From: Candidatus Latescibacterota bacterium
Lineage (GTDB): Bacteria > Latescibacterota > UBA2968 > GCA-2709665
Reading direction: 5' to 3'
DNA: 64,000 bases
Assembly (NCBI GenBank): GCA_963667175.2
Contig: CAXXXF010000016.1
Coordinates: 288,001 to 352,000, forward strand
Below are positions 1 through 9,262 of this stretch, piece after piece; the stretch's first letter is position 1, and each line of letters starts with the position of its first letter. Under the pieces are notes generated by a model, which saw only the letters and a list, made by a program, of their open reading frames with translations, searched no databases and was not told the DNA's origin. The translations under genes were made by a program, and so were the position numbers.

Positions 1-2
1 TC

Positions 3-203
3 GATGAAGACGACCGGCCCCAGACCCGGCTGGACCGGGACGCTGGCGATGGCATGGGCGTAACGCTGGGGAGACTGAGGGACGACGACATTTTCGACTA
101 CAGATTCATCGCCCTGAGTCACAACACCGTTCGAGGGGCGGCGGGCGGCGCCGTTCTCATGGCTGAACTTCTTGCGGCCGAAGGTTATCTGAAAACGAAG
201 TAG
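3..203 (+). CDS. asd: Aspartate-semialdehyde dehydrogenase, C-terminal part (archaeal/fungal-type); gene begins upstream of window
   Basis: Manual translation from nt 3 gives [26 protein letters not shown]...[23 protein letters not shown]...*. RPQxRLDR and SHNTxRGAAG are ASADH C-terminal motifs. Stop TAG at 201-203. Confidence 0.9.
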   Translation, partial: DEDDRPQTRLDRDAGDGMGVTLGRLRDDDIFDYRFIALSHNTVRGAAGGAVLMAELLAAEGYLKTK

Positions 204-245
204 CTTCAATGGGCGACGCCGTACCCCCGCTTCTCCGACTGATTC

Positions 246-2747
246 TCAGTGTGGAACCCCATGCCGGCGCAACCGGCTGTGGATGGCCTCCCTTGCCTCC
301 TGAAACGGTCGCTCCAGGTATGCCATGTGATCCTCTTCCCCGTGGTGGTGCGTGACCTCACCCGGCCTGTGCTGCCGGCTGTTCTCACGCATGTACGTCA
401 CGCAGCCATCCACCAGCGTCAACATGTACCGCGCCGTTTCAGAATTGAACATCCACCACTCGCCGCCGCAGGCAATATAGACCGGGGAGGTATGCGCCAT
501 CATGCCGCGTCCCCACCCGTCGAGGTGGGGAACCGCCCGGGCATAGTCCGGCCCGCCGCACCGTGCGGCCAACCACGAGTGAGCGCCGACCTCGATTTCC
601 GCTTTCAGTCTCAGCTTTCGCGCGCCCCCCGATTCTTCCGTTGAGGCAACCACGCGCCCGTCCTGCACGATCTGCAGCGTATGGATGGGCAGCACGCATT
701 CGGCCTCCGCGACCGCTTCGACACAACCGCCGTTACCCGGCAGCATGACCGTATCGCCGACGTCGCGGCCGTCCACGGTGAACCGGATGATCGGCCCTCC
801 GCTGTGAAAGGTCCGGCCCGCGGCCATGTTCCTGCACCAGGTTTCGTACGTGAACGGCTCATCGTCGGGAATCCTCACGTACGTTCTGTAGATGCCCACC
901 GGCACGTCGCTGCTCATCTTGTCGGTGCCGCCGACGAGCGGCAGCCTGTATCCGCAGTTCAGATACCTGTAGTATTCGTTGTGATTGTACGTTGCGTGCC
1001 TGAGCATCTCAACGGCGTCGGCGCGGCCCGTCGCGATGAGTGTGGCCGGCTCGCCGTTTGGATTGGGAAGGTGGGGTATGATCACGGCGCCGCCCTGCGC
1101 GTGGCATCGGTCCGCCCAATCCGACATGGTCACCTCAAGCGTACCGCCCATCTCCGCTTCGCCGGGGCCGTCGGAACACCAGGGCATTACGGTCTCCTTC
1201 AGACCGAGCAGAATCAGATGCCCGAGGAAATGCTGCCGGTTTTCCGATCCGACGTAGACAATGCTTCTCCCGTCGGGCGACGTGCTCGCTCTGCCGGTGA
1301 ACTCCTCGGTGCTGGTAAAGAGGTTGCCCCACTGCGAGGGCAGCAGGTTGACGACGTTCAGGTCCTCTCCCTGCGCCTCGGTGTGGCTTCCCTGCGTGGA
1401 AAGAAAATGGACGTGCGAATCCCCGCTGAACCACCGTTCGTCATTCATGCTGCACCAGCGTTTCAGCCGCAGTTCCAGTTCCCGCTGTCCGGGCCTGATT
1501 TCCACTGCGGTGCGGAGCGGCTCGTACTCGAATCCCCGGGCGACGTCCACGATGACCCGTCCCCTGGGCAGCCAGCCCTGACATGTGCCGTCCGTATACG
1601 CATAGGTAATCTGACCCAGCCGCACGTCGCCGCCCACGTCGATATGCCACGTGCCGAGGTTGGAATTCACGTGCGGATGGTGGCCGTGCGGCGCGTACGG
1701 TATCCCTTCGGGCGACCTGAAGTGAACCCGGCATGGCACCGGTTTCCCGGTCTCGTCATCGACCACCCGGGTATGCACCCAGTTTCGCCCCCGGTTTACG
1801 ACCTCGACCTTCAACGCAGGGGTCTCAATACTGCCGCGTTTCTCCAGTTCCCCCCAATTCACGGCGCCGAGCGATCTGGAGCCCTGGCTCACCGTGACGG
1901 TTGCCGACGGAATCGCGGCCACTTCGACGTACGCCGGACTGCTCGCCGGGTTCTGCCGCTGCCCCCACCCCTTCCTCTCGTCCCTCAGAAAATCGTCCGA
2001 TGGCCGCGCCGGCAGCGGATAGGGGTACGTGGCGATACCCCGGTCCACCTGCACGTCCAGGTCGAACGGCTTATCGGCATCCTCCTGTCTCGGCAGCGTT
2101 ATCAACACCTCTCGCGGGGCCTCCCGCGAGAACGGATGCTCGTCGGCGTGACCCAGCGTGATGCCGCCAATGACAAACCGGGGACCCTCGGGGATCACCT
2201 CCAGCCGTTCAATTGCACGGTCCGGGTGGGGATTCTTCCAGACCCAAAGCGTAAAGGCACTCGAACGGCCCTGCATCGCCTCGGTCTGACGTCGACCGGC
2301 GTCACCCCACCTTCCCTCGTAGCGCGGCAGCATTTCGTCCGTCCGGTCCTGCACCGCGACGAACGGGAGCCCTGCCGCCGCCGGAACCGTGCCAATCTCG
2401 AACCGGTCCCGGATCGGCGCCGAGACGACGTTGCCATCCTCGAAGTGGAAGCGGTATTCTGCAACGCACTCACCGATCGGCCCGTTATCCGGAATCCCGG
2501 AATCGAGCAACCGGTGCGCCACGACCACCCGGAGGGCCGTCTCTTCGACTGGGACGGATATCACCTGGCGCGACATCCCGTCCCCGAAACCCAGCAGGCA
2601 AGGCGCGGCCTCCCCGTCCGCGCGTCCGATCAGGAACGGCAGACCCTGGAAGTGATGGACGCCCGCGGACACATCCAATCCGTCGCAATGACTCTCGGGG
2701 CCCACGTTGCACATCGCGGACAGATCCAGCGGTTCATACGCAGCCAT
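246..2747 (-). CDS. CehA/McbA-family (PHP-like) metallohydrolase
   Basis: ~833 aa. Motifs RGFEY, WFSGDSHVHF, ENRQHFLGHL, IIPHLP, LNCGYRLPLVGGTDKM and AHTSPVY are typical of this family. ATG at 2747. Confidence 0.8.
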   Translation of the reverse strand: MAAYEPLDLSAMCNVGPESHCDGLDVSAGVHHFQGLPFLIGRADGEAAPCLLGFGDGMSRQVISVPVEETALRVVVAHRLLDSGIPDNGPIGECVAEYRFHFEDGNVVSAPIRDRFEIGTVPAAAGLPFVAVQDRTDEMLPRYEGRWGDAGRRQTEAMQGRSSAFTLWVWKNPHPDRAIERLEVIPEGPRFVIGGITLGHADEHPFSREAPREVLITLPRQEDADKPFDLDVQVDRGIATYPYPLPARPSDDFLRDERKGWGQRQNPASSPAYVEVAAIPSATVTVSQGSRSLGAVNWGELEKRGSIETPALKVEVVNRGRNWVHTRVVDDETGKPVPCRVHFRSPEGIPYAPHGHHPHVNSNLGTWHIDVGGDVRLGQITYAYTDGTCQGWLPRGRVIVDVARGFEYEPLRTAVEIRPGQRELELRLKRWCSMNDERWFSGDSHVHFLSTQGSHTEAQGEDLNVVNLLPSQWGNLFTSTEEFTGRASTSPDGRSIVYVGSENRQHFLGHLILLGLKETVMPWCSDGPGEAEMGGTLEVTMSDWADRCHAQGGAVIIPHLPNPNGEPATLIATGRADAVEMLRHATYNHNEYYRYLNCGYRLPLVGGTDKMSSDVPVGIYRTYVRIPDDEPFTYETWCRNMAAGRTFHSGGPIIRFTVDGRDVGDTVMLPGNGGCVEAVAEAECVLPIHTLQIVQDGRVVASTEESGGARKLRLKAEIEVGAHSWLAARCGGPDYARAVPHLDGWGRGMMAHTSPVYIACGGEWWMFNSETARYMLTLVDGCVTYMRENSRQHRPGEVTHHHGEEDHMAYLERPFQEAREAIHSRLRRHGVPH

Positions 2748-2782
2748 ACCCAAAACCCCCTTGTTGACACAGCCTCTCAGTG

Positions 2783-3748
2783 CTACGTCACCCGGTTGCG
2801 CGGGCGGCCCTCCAGAAATGCGATGACGTTGTCCACCGCGCCCCCGTTCAGCAGATCAACTCCTTCCGGCGTCATGTCGGCGCAGTGAGGCGTCAGCACC
2901 GCCTGCTCGCAAGACAGCAGCGGATGCGACGACGGCGCCGGCTCCTCGTCGTAGACGTCGATCGCCGCGCCGCCCAGACGCCCGGACCGGAGCGCGTCCA
3001 CAAGCGCATCGGTATCCACCACCGGACCCCTGGCGCCGTTCACCAGAATCGCGCCTTGTTTCATCAGTCCGAATTCCCGCGCGCCGATCATGCCGCGGCT
3101 GTCTTCGGTGAGCGCCACGTGCATGCTGACGACGTCGGCTTCGGCCAGCAATTCGTCCAGTTTCACGAAACGCACGCCCAGCCTTTCTGCCCGTTCCGGC
3201 GATGGATTGTAGGTCCACGCGATCACCTCCATCCCGATGGCGCGTCCCAGCCTGGCCATCTCCGCCCCGATATTACCGGCGCCGACGATGCCCAACACCT
3301 TGTCCTGCAAATAGATGCCATCCATCCTGGGCCATTCGCCCGCCTTCAACCGCTCCGTAAAGAACGCCGCGCGTTTCGCCGCGGCGAACATAAGCCCGAA
3401 CATGTGTTCGGCCACCACCGGCGCCGTTCGCCCCGGCTGGTTGCAGATGACAATCCCGTGCGCTCTGGCGGCTTCGAGGTCGAACATGTCGGTACCGATC
3501 GAGCAACTCGTAATCATTCGCAGATCGGGCAACCGTTCGAATTCTTCCCGCCTCCAGGACACCACGCCTCTTGTGTTGATAATGACTTCCGAGCCCTCCG
3601 CGCGCGCGACTTTCTCCGCACTCGACTCCGGCCTCGTATCGTACAGAACCACCTGTCCGTAACGCGCCAGGCGGTCCAGATGGGGAGACCCGGCGATCAT
3701 CACCGGATCGTCTCCCGGGACCAGCATCCTTAGCGTTCCATCGGCCAT
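2783..3748 (-). CDS. D-isomer-specific 2-hydroxyacid dehydrogenase (SerA/glyoxylate reductase-like)
   Basis: GIVGAGNIG Rossmann motif, VNGARG, DVYDEEP, LTPH. ATG at 3748 preceded by GGAGG. Confidence 0.9.
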   Translation of the reverse strand: MADGTLRMLVPGDDPVMIAGSPHLDRLARYGQVVLYDTRPESSAEKVARAEGSEVIINTRGVVSWRREEFERLPDLRMITSCSIGTDMFDLEAARAHGIVICNQPGRTAPVVAEHMFGLMFAAAKRAAFFTERLKAGEWPRMDGIYLQDKVLGIVGAGNIGAEMARLGRAIGMEVIAWTYNPSPERAERLGVRFVKLDELLAEADVVSMHVALTEDSRGMIGAREFGLMKQGAILVNGARGPVVDTDALVDALRSGRLGGAAIDVYDEEPAPSSHPLLSCEQAVLTPHCADMTPEGVDLLNGGAVDNVIAFLEGRPRNRVT

Positions 3749-3944
3749 CTCCAGACCTCCAGTGTGGCGACGTCTGACAACACGGTTGCCGCAGGGACCG
3801 TACGCGGCAGGGGCGTCCTGTATCCCGAATGCGGAAGAAGGCCAAACACAGCAAGCCCGCAGGACGATGCCTCCAGTGCCGGAGTCCGCCCGCTCCGGGA
3901 TCCGATCATGCGCACGCATCCTGACGGAGTCCGTCCGAGCGCGC

Positions 3945-5135
3945 TCACTCGCCTTTCGGTATCCGCGACGGACCTTCGGAGGCCAATGTGGTCAACGCGC
4001 CGAGCAGCAGGTCGATTTCCTCTTCCAGCAGGAAAAACGGCACGCTGGCGCGCAGACCGCGCCGCGTCGAGTTGAATGCCTTGACGACGATGCGCCAGCG
4101 CCGCCTCAGCTCATCCCTCACGTCCTCGGGCCGCCAACCTTTCATATCGAATGCGACGACGGCGGCAGACTGTGCGTGGGACATCGGGGTGAACACCCTG
4201 ACCCCCGGGATCCCGATCAACCCCTGTTTCAACCGGGTCGTCAACGCCGCGGTGCGCGACCAGATAGCCTCCAGTCCAATGTTCTCCAGGTATGCCACCG
4301 CCGACGCCCAGGCGTGTACGAGCGGCCACGACCAGGGCCCGAATTCGAACCTCTCGGTATTGTCTTTGAGTTCGAAACGATCCTCCCCGAAGTCCACCCA
4401 CGCCTGCGCCCGCCCGCCTGCGTAGGTCACGCGTATTTCATCCCGGCGGTCCTCCCGTGCAAACAGCGCTCCGGCGGCATAGGGTGAATACATCCACTTG
4501 TAGGAAAGAACTCCGGCGAAGTCGCAGCCCACTTCGTTCAGATCCAGGGGGTACAGTCCCGCGGAGTGCGCCATGTCCAGAAACGTGAGGACGCCGCGCG
4601 CCCGCGCGGCGGAACAGATGCGTTCCACGGGCAGGCGGAACCCCGAGTCTGAAATCACGTGGCTCAAGCCAATCAGACGGGTGCGCTCCGTGATGCGTCC
4701 CGCAACCGCTTCGACCTGTCCGTCACCATTTTCCACGAGGGGCGCCTTGTCCACGATGACGCCGTACAGATCGCGCAGATGAAGACAGGGCACCAGCAGG
4801 GCCACCTCTTCTTCTTCGGAAATCAGGATGCGGTCTCCCGCCTTCCAGTCCAGGCCGCGGATCACCGTCTGGAACGCTTCGCTCACCCCGCGCATCAACG
4901 CCAGATCGCCGGCCCGAACGCCGAAGAATCTCCCGAGGCGCGCCTTGGACCGTTCCCGGCGCGGGTATTCCTCATCGGGAAACGCAATGTGCATCGGACC
5001 GCGCTCGAACAGTTCCCGCATCAGCGTCAAGTGCGTCCGGGCAACCGGCGCCGGGGTGATGCTCACGCCACCGTTCTGGAACCAGACGAATTTTTCCAGC
5101 GGCGGGAAGTCCGCCCTGATCTTCCCTACGTTCAT
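3945..5135 (-). CDS. Class V (SufS/EgtE/isopenicillin N epimerase-like) PLP-dependent enzyme
   Basis: IRADFP N-terminus, DMAHSAG, SYKWMYSP (PLP Lys), RFEFG, GLRAS. Start trimmed to ATG 5135. Confidence 0.85.
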   Translation of the reverse strand: MNVGKIRADFPPLEKFVWFQNGGVSITPAPVARTHLTLMRELFERGPMHIAFPDEEYPRRERSKARLGRFFGVRAGDLALMRGVSEAFQTVIRGLDWKAGDRILISEEEEVALLVPCLHLRDLYGVIVDKAPLVENGDGQVEAVAGRITERTRLIGLSHVISDSGFRLPVERICSAARARGVLTFLDMAHSAGLYPLDLNEVGCDFAGVLSYKWMYSPYAAGALFAREDRRDEIRVTYAGGRAQAWVDFGEDRFELKDNTERFEFGPWSWPLVHAWASAVAYLENIGLEAIWSRTAALTTRLKQGLIGIPGVRVFTPMSHAQSAAVVAFDMKGWRPEDVRDELRRRWRIVVKAFNSTRRGLRASVPFFLLEEEIDLLLGALTTLASEGPSRIPKGE

Positions 5136-5236
5136 TTGCCTGCGCCCAGGTGAAAACACGTTTTCGGAATCAACGAGCCGGTTTCCGATCGGTTCAAGCG
5201 TGTTTCGCGTCCGTGCCCGCGTTTCGGGTCGTCGCC

Positions 5237-6127
5237 TCAGCGCCAATGGGCGGGCAGTATGACGTCCCTCAATCCCAGATGCCGCGCGATCCAGCGCTCC
5301 TGGTAGACCCCATCCTTGTAACGGGAGTGCTCCGAGGCGCGAACCTGAGGAGCCGCCTGCATGGCATCGGCTACCGCACCTAGCGTTTCCCTGCTGCCCC
5401 ACAGCAGGGTCGGCGCCGTGATCCGGGGCGCAAAGAACAACGGGTCGAAATAGGATACCGTACGTGCTACAGCGTGGCGGCGATCCGGATATTGACGCAG
5501 GTATTCGTTGATCTCCTCCAAAGGATAACTCTCCGTGCCGGCCGCCCGATCCATCGTGCGATGGAAAAAAGACGGTGACGCAACCAGGTGGGTCAGACCC
5601 CCGCGCAGGGCCGCGGAAAAGAGCGGCATCTCGTTCTGGCCTATCCCGACGATTCGCCCGCGGTCCGCTTCCGGACGCGTGAGCACATAGTCGACCGCCC
5701 GGCAACAGTCTGCCACGATGCCCCGCATCACGTAACCTTCGTGGTCTTCTATCCCGTCCACAAACAAGCCCGGGAACGACGCCGCGTAGGGCTTGTCGGC
5801 GTTCCGCTGCCCCCTGGCGGCCATGGCGAACACCAGGAACCGCCGTCGTTTCTCGCTTGCATCGCCCTGCGGCAGCGGTTCCACCACACTCTGCAGGCGG
5901 GTGAAATACAGAAGCGTTGGAAACGGTCCCTTCCCCCGGGGAATGCTCAGATAACCGAACAGCCTGTACGGACCGATGCTGGTAAAGCGTACCCCGTACG
6001 TCGTTGAATAGTCGGTCGACCGAATGGGCATCAATTCCACTTCAGGCGCTATCGGCGTCGCATCGAGCGAGTTGACGACGCGATTCCAGTACGCATCGAA
6101 ATCATCGGGTCTGACCGTCGTCGACAT
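5237..6127 (-). CDS. CE7 acetylxylan esterase/cephalosporin-C deacetylase-like protein with degenerate catalytic motifs
   Basis: RPDDFDAYW, RGQ, YPLEEI, SYFDP are conserved with the neighbouring paralog, but GxSxG is replaced by GIGQNE. Confidence 0.8.
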   Translation of the reverse strand: MSTTVRPDDFDAYWNRVVNSLDATPIAPEVELMPIRSTDYSTTYGVRFTSIGPYRLFGYLSIPRGKGPFPTLLYFTRLQSVVEPLPQGDASEKRRRFLVFAMAARGQRNADKPYAASFPGLFVDGIEDHEGYVMRGIVADCCRAVDYVLTRPEADRGRIVGIGQNEMPLFSAALRGGLTHLVASPSFFHRTMDRAAGTESYPLEEINEYLRQYPDRRHAVARTVSYFDPLFFAPRITAPTLLWGSRETLGAVADAMQAAPQVRASEHSRYKDGVYQERWIARHLGLRDVILPAHWR

Positions 6128-6198
6128 GCATCGGCTGGACACTGATAACCTCCACTGGCGTCGGGAGAATCCGTTTACGCCGGTCCCGTGATCCGTAT

Positions 6199-7128
6199 TC
6201 AGGCGTGGTTTTTTAGGTGTTTCTCGAAAAACGCCTCAATTACGCTACCGTGCGCCACGCTGCCCGCATCGTGGGCATGGCCGTCGTACGCATACATGCG
6301 TTTGTCGCTCGACGCGATTTCTCGGAACGCAGCGTATCCGGTTTCGGGCGGGCAGATGTTGTCCTGCAGACCCAGGTTGACTATCATCGGGCATGATATC
6401 CGCGGTCCGAAGTGAATTCCGTCGAAATAGGCCAGCGTCTCACGCACCACGGGCTCCCGTTCGGGGTAAAGCCTCAGATAGTCCCGTATTTCCTGGTAGG
6501 GATAGGTGTGCGTCAGCTGGATCGCGTCCATAAAGCCGCACAGATAGGGTGCTCCGGCGGCCCCGGCCCTCGGGTCCCGGAGCGCGGCAACCACAAACGT
6601 CAATCCTCCCCCCTGGCTGCTGCCGGTCACGCCGATCCGCTCCGAGTCCACTTCCTCTCTGCCGGCCAGAAAGTCGAACGCGCGCACGGCATCGATATAG
6701 AACCCGCGATAGGAATAGGTGTTCCGGTCCACGATGTTGTGCGTCAGCAGCCCCGGATAACCCGGGTTGAACTGACCGTTGCTCCTGAGCTTTCCCCGCG
6801 GGGCGACGCTGAAAACCGCATAGCCCCCTTTTGCCTCCTGTTTCGGCAGTTGGGGCTCGCCGATATAGCCAGGCACCCGCAAGATCGAAGGCAACGTTCC
6901 GGCCCGCGACGCGGGCAGACAGTACCAACCCGCAATCCGGACGCCGTCGATACTGTCGAAGTGGACGTCGAAAACATCCACGTCGGGCGTCGACCTGAGG
7001 GGGCTGCGCACCACAGCCGGGTTGAGAGGAATGCGGTCCACGGTTTCGAGCACGTCCTCCCAGAATGCGTCGAAATCTTCGGGACGCGCCATCGACGTCT
7101 CGAAATCTTCCACAGCGATCCTGGCCAT
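6199..7128 (-). CDS. CE7 acetylxylan esterase/cephalosporin-C deacetylase
   Basis: RPEDFDAFW, nucleophile motif GSSQGG, GLQDNICPP (Asp), GHAH (His). Confidence 0.9.
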   Translation of the reverse strand: MARIAVEDFETSMARPEDFDAFWEDVLETVDRIPLNPAVVRSPLRSTPDVDVFDVHFDSIDGVRIAGWYCLPASRAGTLPSILRVPGYIGEPQLPKQEAKGGYAVFSVAPRGKLRSNGQFNPGYPGLLTHNIVDRNTYSYRGFYIDAVRAFDFLAGREEVDSERIGVTGSSQGGGLTFVVAALRDPRAGAAGAPYLCGFMDAIQLTHTYPYQEIRDYLRLYPEREPVVRETLAYFDGIHFGPRISCPMIVNLGLQDNICPPETGYAAFREIASSDKRMYAYDGHAHDAGSVAHGSVIEAFFEKHLKNHA

Positions 7129-9087
7129 TCACCCTCCGTCCGATCGCGAACGGTCAGCCGAGTCTCCCCGTACAGCGACGGAGCTCTCCACGCCGCGGCG
7201 ACCGAACGCATTGACGGGCCTGACAGACAGCCGGTTCACCTCAGGATGCAGCCTCCATTCGAAGGCCGCTTCCGGCTCATCCTGCCATTCGCCGTCGTCG
7301 ATGCGTTTTTCGAACCCCGTCAGATTCGCGGTTTCCGTATCGAGAAGGACATAAAGCGCTTCCTGCTCCCCGCCTTGTCGGAGATGGATTTCGGCCCGGT
7401 TCGGCGTCCAATACAGGTCGCCCGCGCGTTCCGTGTGCTTGGAGAACCACGGCAGCCCTGGCGTGTCCGCGTCCTCCCAGTACAGGTATCTGTTGAAGTG
7501 ATAGGAAATCTTCCCATGCTCGGGCTCCCCGGGCCCCATCGTCTCCAGTTCGTCGTTCCGAAGGGAGATCATAAAGCGTTCGAACAATTTCAGGCGCTCG
7601 GCCACCTGAAACCGTCCGGCCACCGCCGGTGGAGGCTCGGGGACGACCTTTACGTCGGCGAAATCCTGTTCCACCCAGGCGCGGTGCGCTTCCAGAGCGC
7701 TGAGCGGCGCCCCCTGCCGCTCCAGGTGATAGGTGAATTTCGTCTCGTCGTTGGAATCTCCACCGACGTCCATGGCCACCCATTTGCCGTGCTGGTTCGA
7801 CCAGACTTCATTGATGCAATGTGAACGCATGATCTGTGTCCGCGCGGTAAACCCCAGCGCGGCGCAGCAGTGCGACATCACGGTCGCATAATGCGTGCAC
7901 ATTCCGAGGCTGAGCCGGCGGCGCGCCAAGCTCAAAATCACCATGGCGTCCCAGGGCGGGCAGAATTCGATCTCGCCCATGTTCCAGCCGTCCTCCCATT
8001 GCTCCCTCACCCACTGTCGCAGATGCAGGAACGCCTTGAACTCGGACTTTGCGGGACGGATGACTTCATCCAGTTTCCAGCGCTCCCGCAGGATCTTTCC
8101 CCGTTTGGAATCAGCCGGCAGGTGGGAAAACCGGTAAGAGCTACGTATCAACGCCGGGTTGTCGGAATCGACGATTCTTGCCGCCGGCTGTGTAACCCCG
8201 CCGGCCGTTACCGAAAGCGATACGCCCGTGACCTCCGGCGTCTTCGATGGCTGTTCTGACTGCAATATGATACGCCATTGCAGGAAACGGATCGGGTCCG
8301 CCGGAACGATCAATTCCGATGCCTGTGCCCAAGCCGTCCAGGTTTCCGGGCGGTAAGCCGGGCACGGCCCGCCCCGCCACTGCAGGTCCGCGCTACATCC
8401 CGTGGGCGTCCGGACGTCGGCGGACATGCGGATCGCATCTACGCGGCCCGCGGCGGCGATCCCACCAGTTGCAACAAGGCCCAACAGGTCCACTGCACTG
8501 GAACAGACCTCGCCTGTTTCTGCATTTTGATCCAACCAGAGCCGGACCATGTATTCTCCGCAGGCGCGGTCGTTGACACCCATCTCCTCGGACCGCCAGG
8601 TCAGACCGCCGTCTTCGCTCACGGCGCTCCGTTTTGGCTGGACGCTCTCCTCGATCAGCAGAGTCCACGTCGCATCGGCCACAGCCCGGAAAGTCACCTC
8701 ATTCCGACCCGCGCTGAGCCAGTCTGAGGGAATCTCCAGCGGATGCCAGCGGTCTTCCCAATATGAGCGTTCGCCGGGCCAGACGACTCTCAGCGAGTGA
8801 CCGTTCACGTCTACGTCCAACTCCCCGTCCGCCCTGTCGCACAGCAGATAGGGGCAAAGCAACGCGCGGGACGCGCCCATTTCGGGAATGAAGAATGACT
8901 TTCGGGCCTGTCGCAGGCCGGCGACTTCCTCACGGTCGTTCACACTGCAGTTGCCCATCTCGTCGGCGAGCGTAACCCCCCGCCTGAGCCTGACGGCCTC
9001 CTCCAAAACAGAGATTCCCCTGCCCGTACACGCTGCGAAGTCACGGCGAGAACGCCAGACCCTGGTGCCGTGCGCCAATGGCATCAC
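7129..9087 (-). CDS. Multidomain protein with transglutaminase-like (Cys-His-Asp) domain
   Basis: GMCTHYA...SHCINEVW...KWVAMD triad pattern and one Asp-box-like SEDGGLTW. Stop codon directly abuts the ATG of the esterase. Confidence 0.7.
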   Translation of the reverse strand: MMPLAHGTRVWRSRRDFAACTGRGISVLEEAVRLRRGVTLADEMGNCSVNDREEVAGLRQARKSFFIPEMGASRALLCPYLLCDRADGELDVDVNGHSLRVVWPGERSYWEDRWHPLEIPSDWLSAGRNEVTFRAVADATWTLLIEESVQPKRSAVSEDGGLTWRSEEMGVNDRACGEYMVRLWLDQNAETGEVCSSAVDLLGLVATGGIAAAGRVDAIRMSADVRTPTGCSADLQWRGGPCPAYRPETWTAWAQASELIVPADPIRFLQWRIILQSEQPSKTPEVTGVSLSVTAGGVTQPAARIVDSDNPALIRSSYRFSHLPADSKRGKILRERWKLDEVIRPAKSEFKAFLHLRQWVREQWEDGWNMGEIEFCPPWDAMVILSLARRRLSLGMCTHYATVMSHCCAALGFTARTQIMRSHCINEVWSNQHGKWVAMDVGGDSNDETKFTYHLERQGAPLSALEAHRAWVEQDFADVKVVPEPPPAVAGRFQVAERLKLFERFMISLRNDELETMGPGEPEHGKISYHFNRYLYWEDADTPGLPWFSKHTERAGDLYWTPNRAEIHLRQGGEQEALYVLLDTETANLTGFEKRIDDGEWQDEPEAAFEWRLHPEVNRLSVRPVNAFGRRGVESSVAVRGDSADRSRSDGG

Positions 9088-9110
9088 CGCCTCCCGTTCC
9101 GATAGGAGAA

Positions 9111-9139
9111 TTGCGCCCTCATTGTCTATACACTATATT
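9111..9139 (+). promoter_or_regulatory. Putative sigma70 promoter for the flavin oxidoreductase gene, overlapping a GntR(HutC)-type palindrome
   Basis: TTGCGC-17 nt-TATATT. The spacer contains GTCTATAC (9124-9131), matching GTnTAnAC. Confidence 0.5.
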
Positions 9140-9262
9140 TGTAAGCCCGAATGCGCGGGCGGTGATGAAGGCCTGCAATCCCTGGTTTCAACACCCTCTC
9201 GGCCGGGGACGTTGCGCTTGATCATACCGCCTCCGCGAAAGAGCCGCTGCAGGTACGAACCG

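Noticed and set aside
681-2888. 735-aa plus-strand ORF and many similar long antisense ORFs (e.g. 6412-7824, 48722-49996, 51509-52639)
   Set aside because: They lie on the opposite strand of well-supported genes, are Arg/Pro/His-rich without motifs, and are the expected shadow ORFs of GC-rich coding DNA.
5136-5705. Long N-terminal extensions in the ORF track (PLP enzyme to 5705, anmK to 26059, phnA from 55135, CysE-like from 60524, OYE from 8888)
   Set aside because: They overlap neighbouring genes and lack family similarity; downstream starts fit family N-termini and, in several cases, an RBS, so they are not real fusions.
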